A stretch of 64,000 bases of DNA from Eledone cirrhosa (Eukaryota), in assembly GCA_964016885.1 (NCBI GenBank), contig OZ024755.1, positions 7,812,001 through 7,876,000 on the forward strand. The letters are read 5' to 3'. The notes beneath the pieces are model-generated. The model did no database searches, was not told the origin of the DNA, and saw only the letters and a list, made by a program, of their open reading frames with translations. The position numbers were made by a program, and so were the translations under genes. Within the stretch, counting starts at the first letter, position 1; each line of letters starts with the position of its first letter. This document shows positions 31,050 to 45,035 of this stretch, in pieces.

Positions 31050-31185
31050 TGTGTGTATGTGTGTTTGTGTGTGTGAGAATATATATGTGATCGTGTCAAT
31101 AAATGGTATGCTAATCTCTAGCCTGTTTCCTTTACCTGCCTCTTTCTCTTTATCTCTCTCTCACAGCTTTGTATCTCACTCACTT

Positions 31186-31259
<74 letters not shown>

Positions 31260-31597
31260 ATTCCCTATCCCTTTCTCACCTTTTTTTCGTCCCTCTTTCT
31301 CTCGCTTCCTTTTCTGCTGGTCTCTCACTTCAATTCTGTTGTATATATTATAGGTTTCTTATGCTATAGTCACATTTGAATGCATGGCTGGAATTTTACC
31401 TGATACATTTACATATCCATTACATTAAAACAAAATTACAAAATCTGTTATTATTCAAAACAGCCTCACAACCAACGACTATATTCAGGTTCTGGGAATG
31501 GCAGGTTTGTACAGGCGTTGAGCAAAATGACCTAGCGCTATTTATGTTCTAAGTTCAATCCCCTGGGAAGTCAAGTTTCCCTTTCAATAATGTACCA

Positions 31598-31910
31598 TTC
31601 TTCTTCTTCTTCTTCTTCTTCTTCTTCTTCTTCTTCTTCTTCTTCTACGATGACAACGACGACTACTACTACGACTACGACTACGACTACTACTACTACC
31701 ACTTCCACTTATTCTTGGGAGGATGGGAAGGCAGAATATACTCAAGTATACTTTCCAGCAGGTCCTGTCAGAAGCAACCATCTCCAATTGATCCGACTGG
31801 ACCCCCAAGTAAGGGCAGCCGAGCTTAAGGGTGTTATCCAGCCATCTTGCTCAGAGTCTACTCCTGCGACTTCTCTTGGTTGGTTTTGCCCGTAAAATCT
31901 ACCCAACGAT
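31598..31910 (-). mobile_element. RTE (Rex3/Expander-like) LINE 3' end with microsatellite tail
   Basis: Single frame ILRAKPTKRSRRSRL*ARWLDNTLKLGCPYLGVQSDQLEMVASDRTCWK resembles the C-terminal PTGRRPRGRPRTRW...LG...L..VA.DR..W; followed on the minus strand by (GTA)n(GAA)n. Confidence 0.7.
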
Positions 31911-32297
31911 TCGGTCAAAGATCTGACTCATTGAAAACGTTCTGCCGAACCCAAAGATCATATTTCTAATCCTTTATACATGAATATTTCAGAATAAAAC
32001 AGAAGATTCTATGTATATGTTTTACGATAGTAAATGTCTGTGAGTCGTTAAAGTACAAATAACCTTTGAAAAGATTTGTTAAAAACAATTAGTAGGCGAA
32101 GCATAAGTGAAAGTGTGTTTCTTTGTCTGTTGACAAACATTACGTGACTTTGTAGTTACGTGAAGAGAGTATGTCTGCTTGAAATATTCGGCAGTGAAAG
32201 TTTCGACATTAATATATACATAGATACCCAAAGGGTTTTTATAAGTCTAGGTTCAGCCTGTGGCACAAATACCGACATTAACAAGAACAAAAAACCT

Positions 32298-32353
<56 letters not shown>

Positions 32354-32497
32354 TGTGTGTGTGTGTGTGTGTTTATGTGTTTGTATGTATATATATATTT
32401 ATATATAAATATATTTATATAGAGGGAGAGAGGTGTATATTATATATATATAAACATATATATATATGTACATATATTATTTATGTGTATATTTATA

Positions 32498-32685
32498 GGG
32501 CGGTGGATTGGCAGTATTGGTAGAGGGTCGGACGCCATGCTTTGCAGCAAAGAGTTACGTCCCTTTATGGTCTGAGTTCAAATCTCGCCGAGGTTAACTT
32601 TGCCTTTCATCTTTACGGGGTCGATAAAATAAAGCACCAGTAATACACTGGGATAATTGCTGACCTTGTGCCAAATGTAGAAACA
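32498..32685 (+). mobile_element. SINE family A, full length
   Basis: A-box-like TGGCAGTATTGGTA, B-box GAGTTCAAATC, conserved body and GTAGAAAC end. Confidence 0.92.
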
Positions 32686-32695
32686 TATATATGTA

Positions 32696-32726
<31 letters not shown>

Positions 32727-32986
32727 ATTGCTGGTCATAAGCAAGTCCCTAGCAGGACTAAAAAGCCACGTCCGTGATGCTCATGCTTATGTATTAGGCG
32801 ATGGCATTACCCGAAATCGAGTTGCAGCCATCATGTATGTATATTTAAGTATATATATGTATATATGTGTCTATATATGTACGTATGTCTGTATGTACAT
32901 ATGTCTGTACATATGTACATATGTCTGTATGAATGTATGTATATATCTATGTATATATGTATGTGTATATATATATATATATATAA

Positions 32987-33146
32987 AACGAAGGAAATGT
33001 GGTAAGGAACCAGATGGACCATAACGCACCAAAGTACTCAATACTTAGGATAGTAGAGTGGGTAATAGAAGCAAGTATGACCCCGACGGCAGAGCTCAAG
33101 CCGTCGAAACGGCTTGAGCTCTGCCGTCGGGGTCATACTTGTTCCT
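32987..33146. mobile_element. PLE-like terminus, family 2, copy 2, with a perfect 33-bp palindrome
   Basis: Arms 33072-33104 and 33109-33141, loop CGAA; the right arm reads GAAACGGC...GCCGTC, the 3' half of a hammerhead; (TA)n on both sides. Confidence 0.8.
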
Positions 33147-33414
33147 ATATATATATATATATGTATATATACAGGTAGCGATATGGTTTCCATCTTCTAA
33201 TTAAACACCAACTTAAGACTAATTGATCATCAATCAATGCCACGCGATACAGCATCACTTCCAGTAATTCATCATTTCTTTAGAACGGCCCCACCCTAAG
33301 GGTTCTCACCCCTTTCCCCTCTGCCACGGACCAAATACTCCTGACACTAACAGCATCATACTCCTCTATACTTTTAATCCTTAGCCCCGGAGTGGTGGAA
33401 CAGAGAATCTATAG

Positions 33415-34022
33415 AACCACCATTACCACCATCACCCCCATCACCATCACCACCACCACCACTACCACCATCATCACTATCAGCATCATAGCTGTCAACA
33501 CTATGACTAGCACCATCCCTACCACTGTCACTTCCACCGCAATCTCGATCACCGCCATCACCCCCATCACCACCACCATCACCACCATCACCACCATCAC
33601 CACCACTATGACAATCAGCATCACCGCCATCACCACCGTCACCACCACCATCACCACCATCACCATCATCATCACTATGACCATCAGCATCACCACCATC
33701 ACCACCATCACCACCATCACCACCACCATCACCACCAACACCACTATTACCAACACCATCACTCTCACTACCACCACCACCATCACCACCAACATCACCA
33801 CCAACACCACTACTACCAACACCACCACCATCACCACCCTACCACCAACACCACCAACATCACCACCCTACTACCATCACTACCACCATCACCACCAACA
33901 TCACCACCTACACCACTATTACCACCACCATCACCATCACCAACACCACTACCAACACCATCACTACCACCGCTACCAGCATCAACACCACCAACACCGT
34001 TGCTACCACCATTACTACCGTC
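33415..34022. repeat. Degenerate (ACC/ATC)n tract
   Basis: Direct reading. Confidence 0.95.
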
Positions 34023-34207
34023 ACTAGTCAATCAACCCGACACTCCCTATACCTTTATTTCCTGGTCCCCGTGGGGTGGGGGAGAGAAACTGTAGAAAGA
34101 AGGTACAGTAAGAAGGGTGGTGTATCAGTCACGTGATTGTAGGTCTTTAACTTAACACATCAACTGATGTTGACAACGTAGGGACTGTGTCAATGTATGG
34201 GACAGTC

Positions 34208-34948
34208 TGGTGGTGGTGGTGGTGGTGGTGGTGGTGGTGGTGGTGATAGTGGTGATGATGGGTGATGGTGGTGGTGCTGGTGGTGATGGTGGTGGTGGTG
34301 GTGGTGGTGGTGGTGGTGGTTTTGGTGGTGATAGTGGCGATGGTAGTGGTGATGATGGGTGATGGTGGTGGTGCTGGCGGTGATGGTGCTGGCGGTGGTG
34401 CTGGTGGTGGTGCTGGTGGTGGTGATGGTGGTGTTGATGGTGGTGGTGATGGTGGTGGTGTTGGTGGTGGTGTTGGTGGTGTTGATGGTGGTGATGGTGG
34501 TGTTTGTCTTCGTGGCGTTGTGTCACTCACACCAGTGGTGATTGCGGCAGTGTAGTAGTTGTGGTTGTAGTGATAGAGGCGGTGGCGGTGTAGTTGTTAA
34601 AGTGGCGGTGGTGGTGGTTGGGGTATTGTTGTTGCTGCTGTTGTTGGTCTCATTGAGGTATGTTTTGCTGTTATGGTGGTGGTGGTGGTGGTGGTGGTGG
34701 TGGTGGTGGTGGTGGTATTATAGTGGTTGTAGTGGTATTGTTATTGTTGTTGTTGGTGGTGTTTTTGTTATTTGGATGTTAGTGGTCGCGGTGTTATTAT
34801 AGTGGTAGTGTTGGTATTGTTGTTGTTGGTTGTTGTTGTTGGTGGTGATGGTGATGGTGTTATTGTGGTGTTTTTGTTATCATGATGATGGTGGTGGCGG
34901 CGGTATTGTTGTTATGCTGGTGGTGATGCTGGTGGTGGTGGTGGTAGG
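34208..34948. repeat. Degenerate (GGT)n tract
   Basis: Direct reading. Confidence 0.95.
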
Positions 34949-35599
34949 GTTAGTGCACTTTTTGGTGTCACTCTGTGTTTATTTGTCAACTGTCTTCTAA
35001 AGAAAGCATCGCTTTATTTGCCATATTTCTTCCTCGTTGCCTTCTCTCTGTTTAGTGACACACATCTTTTTCTCCTTATTTCCATCCCAGTTGTCAATAT
35101 GGACGACTTGCTAATGCAATGAAATAAAATTACAGATTTCGCGTCATGACGTTTGCTTCTCCAACTCCCAACTTCAATTGTAGACAGTAGACTGTGGACT
35201 ATATTGCTAAACAGAACTAACTTGACCTGTTGTGATTGTTTTCTTTTAAGAGGAAGGTTGGGTCTGGTCTTGTTGTTACTGTTTGGTGGTGTCTAGTGGG
35301 ACAGTGTCATGTGGTATGTCTCAGACAGTGAAGGATGGCTTTAACAACAATTGATCAACATTCACATAGTAAGTAACAGGAAAATAAACGATGACAAGGA
35401 TAAATAAAGCGATGTCCAACGCCAAGATGTGTCGTTTGTCCTGTATAGTCATCCATTAAATAAAAACACACCGAAGTGGGGTGAACTTTTTGTTTTTGCT
35501 ATTTAGTAAAGGAAGAAAGAGCAGTGCGCATGTCATATTTCTGGACCTCTAAGAGCGGTGGGTGGGACAGGGGTGGGGCGGGGTAAGGGCTATGTCAAT

Positions 35600-35851
35600 G
35601 ACCTATTCCAGGACCATCATGTCTTGTGTGAGGGAGGCAAGAATAAAGGACGGAAACCATTCTCAAACTGGAAACCCAGATTGAATCCTCGCAACACTGA
35701 TAGAACCTGCTGTAAGGTGTGTTTAGAAGAAGAAGAAGAAGAAGAAGAAGAAGAAGAAGAAGAAGAAGAAGAAGAAGAAGAAGAAGAAGAAGAAGAAGAA
35801 GAAGAAGAAGAAGAAGAAGAAGAAGAAGAAGAAGAAGAAGAAGAAGAAGAA
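35600..35851 (+). mobile_element. Possible RTE 3' end followed by a pure (GAA) tail of about 42 units
   Basis: EGGKNKGRKP..W and DRTCCK directly precede the (GAA)n at 35726-35851; the repeat is certain, the LINE call is tentative. Confidence 0.4.
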
Positions 35852-36060
35852 GGTTTGGTTCCTGTCCTAGCTTACCCCTTCAAAAATTGATCTTGTATCT
35901 CATAACATTACGATACAATAGTTTCACCTCAATTGGCCAAACTTTCTTTAATATTATACCAAAATATCAAAACACATACCAATATATATATATATAACAT
36001 GTATACATTGTTATATACACATTTATACACAAGTACACACACACACGCGCTATGTCTCAC

Positions 36061-36113
<53 letters not shown>

Positions 36114-36769
36114 TGTATGTAGGCATGTAAATATGTATATCTGTAGATATATATATGTATATATGTATATATGTATATATATCTATGTATATATATATAT
36201 ATATGTGTGTATATATATATGTATATATAATTATATATATATATACATATATATACACATATATACACATATATACATATATATATATGTGTGTGTGCAT
36301 GCATATATATATAAATATGTATGCATGTATGTATATATGTATGTATATATATATATATGTGTATATAAATATATGATTAAGTTAAATATTTCTTTCAGTC
36401 CTATAACCAAGAAATGATTATGTAAACGAACTAAGCATTAGTTTAATGCTGTGATGTTCCATGCACGATCCAGCATAAAGCCAGGTATACTTATGATATC
36501 ATACGGAAGGTAAAACCTGTTCTAACCAATATCTACCTTTATTTACAACATATCTCCATCAAAGGAAGGAACGATGTAATACATTAATTATAGAGTTCAC
36601 CTTTTAGAGCTAGTTCTAATGACTATGGCTTTTTCGTATTTCGAACACAGCGTTTGTAGTTGAATAATGATATCATTGAAAGCGAAATATTTAGGGAAAC
36701 TTTACAACACTAACTTCACAGGATCTAGAATTCTCTATGGATAGGAAATGAAATTTATCTTATGAGCGA

Positions 36770-36995
36770 TGAAATCGTGGTAGAGCACCGGCGGCATATG
36801 AAGACGGTTGATCGTGTTGTACACGGTAGGTTTTCTTGTGATTACCAATTTGCAAGGTTAATTTCTCTTGATAAGATTTCGTCCATTTATTGTGATGAAT
36901 CGTTTCTTCCTCTCGCTTATTCTATTTTATTCTGGTCATTTAACTAAGCAAGTTCCTCTCTTCTTTCCCTTAAGTGACCGCTATTCTGGCCAATC
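36770..36995 (-). mobile_element. Possible RTE LINE 3' relic
   Basis: Minus strand GHLRERREELA...KIE*ARGR resembles GHIMRREELE...GKIEGKRARGR. Confidence 0.35.
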
Positions 36996-37454
36996 CTTTC
37001 GCTAAGCTTCGTGTGTGTGTGTGTGACAAATAAATGTATACAGCGGAATAGTGGAATGCTCAGTGAATTACAAATGCGTTTACCAGCATATTCTGCATAT
37101 TGATGTAGCTCACTTCAAACACTTTTAACACCCGACTAAACATTCTGCTATATAGAAACCTGGTATTTAATCAATAGCAAACGAATGAAGTTATCATTCT
37201 ACGTCAAATATATATATTCTTCACATTTTTCACGTATATAAACTATTTAGGAATCCTAATTCGCTATCTTTGGGCTGTGTATGTTATGTCCCGTATCGTA
37301 CGCCATATTCAAGATGTTTGAAATAATATTGGATGTTACATACCAAGCCTGACTAACCCACCATCCGTAATCTTCACTCGACCCATTGCAGCCTTGCATG
37401 TGACCCGAGTTTACTTTCGATATGATATGATACTTATTTATAATTACTGGTAAT

Positions 37455-37640
37455 CCGTCGGTTACAACGACGAGTGTTCTAGTTGATGCAATCAACGGAA
37501 AAGCCGGTTCGTGAAATTACGTGCAAGTGGCTGAGCCATTCACAGACACGTGTACTCTTAACGTAGTTCTCAAGCAGATTCAAGAAGGCACAGAAAATGA
37601 TAAGGCTGACTGTTCGAATTACAGGTACAACTCATTTTTA
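37455..37640 (-). mobile_element. SINE family B 3' region
   Basis: Aligns with 56690-56860 (GCAAGTGGCTGAGC...CACGTGTA...GAATTACAGGTA). Confidence 0.75.
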
Positions 37641-37793
37641 GAAGCTATTTTATAGCAAATGGCTGTAATTGATATGATTATATGCCCTTGACCTTCATAC
37701 ATCTTATATATTTATTTCCTCGGCACTAAATAAATAAGGGTAGTAAAGTATGGTTATATTATAAAGAGACGGGACCCGACGGCTGAGAATAAT

Positions 37794-38769
37794 GGGTTAA
37801 GCGACAGTCATATCGTAACTTCCACCAACTTCGCCTCTACTGTACTGTAATAAAGCAATACTGGGGGTTAAGCGACAGTCAGATCGTAACTTCCACCAAC
37901 TTCGCCTCTACTGTACTGTAATAAAGCAATGCTGGGGGTTAAACGACAGTCATATCGTAACTTCCACCAACTTCGCCTCTACTGTACTGTAATAAAGCAA
38001 TGCTGGGGGTTAAACGACAGTCATATCGTAACTTCCACCAACTTCGCCTCTACTGTACTGTAATAAAGCAATACTGGGGGTTAAGCGACAGTCATATCGT
38101 AACTTCCACCATCTTCGCCTCTACTATACTGTAATAAAGCAATACTGGGGGTTAAGCGACAGTCTGTTCGTAACTTCCACCAACTTCGCCTCTACAGTAC
38201 TGTAATAAAGCAATACTGGGGGTTAAGCGACAGTCATATCGTAACTTCCACCAACTTCGCCTCTACTGTACTGTAATAAAGCAATGCTGGGGATTAAACG
38301 ACAGTCATATCGTAACTTCCACCAACTTCGCCTCTACTGTACTGTAATAAAGCAATGCTGGGGGTTAAACGACAGTCATATCGTAACTTCCACCAACTTC
38401 GCCTCTACTGTACTGTAATAAAGCAATACTGGGGGTTAAGCGACAGTCATATCGTAACTTCCACCATCTTCGCCTCTACTATACTGTAATAAAGCAATAC
38501 TGGGGGTTAAGCGACAGTCTGTTCGTAACTTCCACCAACTTCGCCTCTACAGTACTGTAATAAAGCAATACTGGGGGTTAAGCGACAGTCATATCGTAAC
38601 TTCCACCATCTTCGCCTCTACTATACTGTAATAAAGCAATACTGGGGGTTAAGCGACAGTCAGATCGTAACTTCCACCATCTTCGCCTCTACTGTACTGT
38701 AATAAAGCAATACTAGGGGTTAAACGACAGTCTGTTCGTAACTTCCACCAACTTCGCCTCTACTGTACT
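37794..38769. repeat. 71-bp minisatellite, about 13.7 copies, with 5-unit higher-order structure
   Basis: Unit GGGTTAAGCGACAGTCATATCGTAACTTCCACCAACTTCGCCTCTACTGTACTGTAATAAAGCAATACTGG at an exact 71-bp period. Confidence 0.98.
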
Positions 38770-39166
38770 ACGATATACTGTACTATATTCTATTGCACTG
38801 TATGTATTCTACTGTTTTGTACTGTAATAGAGAAATATTAATGATTGAGCAGTAGACATGATTATTAATATAGAAATTTAACCGGCAGACAGTGTGTTTT
38901 CATTTAGTGGCAACATAAAAGATGTTGAGCAGCTATAAAGGAATATCAAATGGTGCCAAGCGGATGTTCTACTCTCACATGAAAGGACCAATAAAAACCT
39001 AATATTTAGAATAAACTTGTTAAACACAGACGACTATAGATTTTAGAGACATATATACACATATATATGTATAAACAGACACACAGACACACACGAATGC
39101 AAACACATGAATATACATGTATATGTATAAGTATGCATGTGTGTATGTATATATATATATATATAC

Positions 39167-39280
<114 letters not shown>

Positions 39281-39388
39281 GCGTGTGTGTGTGTGTGTAT
39301 AAATGGCGTGTGTGTTGCTGGACGTATAATTATAATTATATGTCTGAACACATTTTATATATCTATATATAAAATGTATATATGTATA

Positions 39389-39463
<75 letters not shown>

Positions 39464-39470
39464 GATATAA

Positions 39471-39518
<48 letters not shown>

Positions 39519-39576
39519 ATGTGTATGTATATATATATATATATTAATATTTATCCTTGCTCAAACTCTCACGTAA

Positions 39577-39652
<76 letters not shown>

Positions 39653-40017
39653 TGTGTGTGTGTGTAATTGATTTTAGATTGCTAAAATGATTAATATAAA
39701 TATATTTGTATATTTCCCATCACAGCTCCACAAATATCTATCTCTTCCAGTTTGTTATAGTAACATTGATCTATCGATCTCTCTTGTTGCCATAAATATT
39801 CTCCCTCTCTATCAATCGTATTTTTTACATACGGTTTCAAACATTAATTCTATTAGAACAAATCAGGAAAGATTCAAGATGTCTAGTCGATATAGAAATA
39901 TAAATAAATATTTATGTTATGTTCCCTTCCCTATGTCACTATTCGGCTAATTTATATAACATATGTATATACATATATATAGAGAAAGAGATGTGAGCAG
40001 CTGATGGTATATATGAT

Positions 40018-40073
<56 letters not shown>

Positions 40074-40218
40074 CATTATATACATATGTATGTAGATATC
40101 TGTATATATATATATATATATATACGTATATATAAAAATTATATATATATGTATTCTTTAGAAATACGAAATTTCTATGCATATCTGTATACTCGTACAG
40201 TTTTGCTTGAAGCTAAAT

Positions 40219-40268
<50 letters not shown>

Positions 40269-40301
40269 TATATGTCTGTAGAAATGTGCATACACATATT
40301 C

Positions 40302-40372
<71 letters not shown>

Positions 40373-40373
40373 C

Positions 40374-40447
<74 letters not shown>

Positions 40448-40786
40448 TTATATATAAATACATATATATATATATATATATATGTATTTATATATACATA
40501 TATGTAAAGAGAAAGAAAGAGAGAGAGAGAGGGAGAGAGAGAGAAAGTGAGAGAGAGATAGATAGATAGATTAATAGATTGATTTATAGATAAATAGATA
40601 GATAGATAGATAGATAGATATTTTCCTTTACATGATTTAGTCATTAAACTACAGCGAAGTTGGACCATCGCTATGATGGGATATTAGTCGATTACATCGA
40701 TCTCAGCACTTATTTCATCGACCTCTTATTCATCGAACCGCTAATTTACTGGACATAAGCAGATAGTACATATAAACACAGACATG

Positions 40787-40840
<54 letters not shown>

Positions 40841-41105
40841 GGATGTTTGGATTATATACACACCTTTTAATGTGGGCCTAATCCAATTGGGACCGAAATC
40901 GATTAAAGATATTTATCATTTTTTTTTGTTTTCAATTTACAGGGAAATACGTATTTTCTGGCATGTTTACATGCCTACATATTAAATGTGTATATATATA
41001 TTATATACACATTGGTGCAGTTTTAGTCACCTACTCTGTATATATACAGATATAACTTTATCATACACCTTAGCTACTAGCATATTTCTTAATATATATC
41101 ATAAT

Positions 41106-41231
41106 TGTTTCTACTTTTGGCACAAGGCCAGCAATCACCCAGTACATTACTGGTACTTTATTTTATCGACCCCGTAAGGATGAAAGGTAAAGTTAACCTC
41201 GGCAGGATTTGAACTCAGACCGTAAAGGGCC
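41106..41231 (-). mobile_element. SINE family A, 5'-truncated
   Basis: Reverse complement of the body and tail of the 50826 copy. Confidence 0.88.
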
Positions 41232-41370
41232 TATCATAATGAATTACCAACACAACTGGAATACCCATCTACGTAATCATCTCATAGTTCACGGTTCCAT
41301 TGATCAAGAAACCTAGAACATTCATCGTTGAAACCGGTGGAGGGCCATTTACCTGTTATTTTTATATATA

Positions 41371-41859
41371 CTAGCAGAAAAACCACCCCACAGGTGGTTT
41401 TCTGCTAGCTTGTGTAGTGTGGATATTGATATTATACGCAACTATATATGCATGTAGATATAATACATCAAATAAAATCGTAATTGACAATATCCACAGA
41501 AATTGAACGAAGACTGCGTTACACTCTCTTATGTAATCAGTAACGTAATCCATGATACATTAAATAAAGACGATATCATATATAAACTGCATTAGGAGAA
41601 AATTAGTGACGGAAATATATGAATGTTTATTTAAGCGATCGCTAACCGGAAGTGTTGACATTTGAACATTTTAAAGAAGTGAATCTTAAAATAAGCAACT
41701 AAATTATTTATATTTAATCAAGAATAACGAAATTTAGTAGATAAATTATGTAATATTCATTCATTATTTATTCAAAGTAATCCAACTTATTTTACAAACG
41801 GGATAAAAAAAAAATGTTCTGGACGCAGTCCCGCAATCCTTACTTTATTATAGTTTAGA
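41371..41859 (-). mobile_element. Non-autonomous Helitron-like element
   Basis: Minus strand reads A|TCTAAACTATAATAA...hairpin...CTAG|T, i.e. TC start, CTAG end and AT target site. Confidence 0.6.
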
Positions 41860-41979
41860 TACTTTACACAGCTAAGACAGGATACTATTACTTGGTGCGG
41901 TGTCTTGTTGAAACAATTATCTTCTCGATTCTCCTATTGAGGATAAAACATAGGTCTGCCTATGATTTGTTAGTTACTC

Positions 41980-42064
<85 letters not shown>

Positions 42065-42133
42065 TCTTTCTCTTCCTCTCTCTTTTCACCCTTTATACGT
42101 ATATACATACATATACACACACACATATATATA

Positions 42134-42178
<45 letters not shown>

Positions 42179-42195
42179 TTATATTTATATATATT

Positions 42196-42230
<35 letters not shown>

Positions 42231-42257
42231 ATATATTTATATATATTTATATATATT

Positions 42258-42364
<107 letters not shown>

Positions 42365-42451
42365 TTATTTATATATATATATATATATACATACATACAT
42401 GGGTGTGTTTGTGTATATTTCTATTTGTTTATTAGTTTTTCGTTATTCTAC

Positions 42452-42780
42452 TTAAATAGACTTCCCGCTGTGTTTTTTCAAGTAATTACAGAAACTGTTG
42501 GAGGTGACTGAGGAGAGCCGTGTGGGGCGGGATCGAATTAGTGTGAAGTGGATAATTGAAGAGAGAGTGTAAACCGGCAGTGAGGGGGGTAGGAAGGAAA
42601 GAAAGGAGGAAGGAATTAGCAAACAGTAGCTGAAAAGAGAAAACAAAAATGTCTTAACGCTTCGGACGCTAGTCCTTCATCAGAAGAAAGAATGAGAAAT
42701 AAAATAGATTGAGGGATGGGCGGGTTGGAATTGGAAAACATGTCTTTAGATAAAAATAACAGGTCCATTCATGTTGTCAT
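42452..42780 (-). mobile_element. PLE pseudo-LTR-like relic with minimal hammerhead at 42652-42687
   Basis: Minus strand TCTT-CTGATGA-A-GGAC-TAGC-GTCC-GAAGCGTT-AAGA (consensus GAAACGTT); related relic at 59642-59673. Confidence 0.6.
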
Positions 42781-42805
42781 CTCATGAAAAACCGTTGGTG
42801 CTGGC

Positions 42806-42854
<49 letters not shown>

Positions 42855-42900
42855 GTTACATATTACCAGTAACACTATAGAGCGACCTGACATAAACGGG

Positions 42901-42948
<48 letters not shown>

Positions 42949-43019
42949 AAACACTGGAAGGTAATATCCGTAGTGGTAGAGCACTCAGTCCATGGGACGA
43001 GTTTGGTAGAAGTAGTAAC

Positions 43020-43072
<53 letters not shown>

Positions 43073-43083
43073 GAGTGATATAT

Positions 43084-43117
<34 letters not shown>

Positions 43118-43903
43118 ATAGAGAGATATATACATATATATGTAAAGTAAGAGGAAACGAAATACAGTAAGGTGGGGAGGGGATGAATATACAGATAATA
43201 GTAAAGAATGACAAGCAGGAAGAAAGAAAAGAAGAAAGTTGAGGCAATTTAAAGGATTGAAAAGGAGAAATTTCTAGAAATTTGAAGTGGCTGTTGAGAT
43301 ATATATAATATTAAAGAGACATTGTATAAGATTATGGTAATAGAATTATAGTTACAACTGGGTAGGCGGGGGTTAGAGAGAAGATATGGTGGTGGTGGTG
43401 GTGGTGGTGGTGGTGGTGGTGGTGGTGGTGGTGGTGGTGGTGGTGGTGATGGTGTTGTGGTGTTAGATGTTGTTGTGGTTGCGGTGATGTTGGTAGTGTG
43501 GTGTTAGATGTGGTGGTGGTGGTGGTAGTGGTGTTTTGTGGTGGTGGTGGTGTGGCTTTAGTTGTGGTGGTGGTGATATAGGGGGTAGGGTTATTCTAGG
43601 CGGTAGTGATAGTGGTGGTGATAGTGGTGGTGGTAGTAGGGGAGTAAGTAGTAGTCGGGGTGGTGGTGAAGGATATGGTGGTCGGGATGGTGGTAGTGGT
43701 GGGTGTAGTGGTGGTGGTGGTGGTCTTGGCTGTGATTGAGAAGATGGTCTATTTGTTTTCACTATCTTTTCGGGGTTTTTTTTTTGTTTATTAAAATACC
43801 TATTTTAGCTGTTGACCTTGTTATTACCAAGGCGGATATATATGTATATATGTATGTGTGTGTACGTGCGTTGTATGTGTGTATATGTTTGTAAGCATAT
43901 ATG

Positions 43904-43934
<31 letters not shown>

Positions 43935-43952
43935 CTGTGTGTGTGTGTGTAA

Positions 43953-43985
<33 letters not shown>

Positions 43986-44000
43986 TGTGTGTGTGTATAT

Positions 44001-44070
<70 letters not shown>

Positions 44071-44387
44071 AAATGTACGTGTGTTTGCATGCGTGTGTAA
44101 GCATATATGTATATATGTGTGTTTGTGTGTGAGTTTTTTTGTTTATATATACATACACACACACACACACATATATATCTACATGTATGTGTGTGTGTAT
44201 ATATATATGCGATAGAGGATGAGAGAGAGAGAGTGAGAGAAAGAGATAAGGAGGGGCTGTTTTGTGACAAGCAGCTGTACTCAATATGGAAACTGTGAAA
44301 AGGAGTTACGACTGAACAACAGAAAGTCTTTCGTCTCAGAAGAATGGGGCTAACTGGAGAGGTGGTTTATAATGAAGGGGGACAGAG

Positions 44388-44483
<96 letters not shown>

Positions 44484-45035
44484 TAGAGAGAAGGGGGAGG
44501 TGAGAAGTGAGGGAAGTAGAAAGAATGAGAGGGGGAAATGAGGAGTGAGGAGAGAGATGAGAAAGAGATGTGGAGTGAGAAGAGAGTTGTGTGAGAGAGT
44601 GGGGATGATGGGGATTGGGGAGAGAGGTGAGAGAGGGAGAGATAGAGATAGAGCACCGTTGAGTGGTTAGGAGGGCAAAAACTTGCCTCAACTTCACTTT
44701 AACTGACTTTATCATAACAGCTTTCAGCCAAACAAGCACGCGACCCGGTCAGTATTCATTGATGGTTTTATAATAGCACTTTAAAGCGTTTGTAATTACG
44801 TAGAAGTTGCATGGAATACAATGGTAGTCGGCCATATGTCACTGACACGAATATGAGCATGCGCAGGTCGTCGGTTTATAGCTGTGGCTTGGCTTATTTC
44901 AATGGTCTCCACCCAGGAAACTCTTCTACTAGCTTAGGTGTCATAATCTGTAAGACCAAACAAAGTGCTAGTGTTGTTGACAAATTGCGTACGATAGAAT
45001 AATGAATGATTTTTCATTCAGAAAAATATGGATAG

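Noticed and set aside
32498-32590. tRNA genes at B-box motifs (also 50826, 52720, 61470)
   Set aside because: No cloverleaf; each continues into a shared SINE body
33392-34027. Mucin-like or His-rich protein ORF of 211 aa
   Set aside because: Pure ACC/ATC repeat open on both strands, GTG start, no signal peptide
35091-35368. Exon between a pyrimidine-rich CAG acceptor and a GTAAGT donor
   Set aside because: Stops in all frames; it could be a UTR or lncRNA exon but cannot be supported without RNA data
37794-38769. CRISPR array or tandem tRNA/ribozyme array
   Set aside because: The units are contiguous with no unique spacers, the context is eukaryotic with no cas genes, and no A/B boxes, cloverleaf, hammerhead or twister core is visible in the unit
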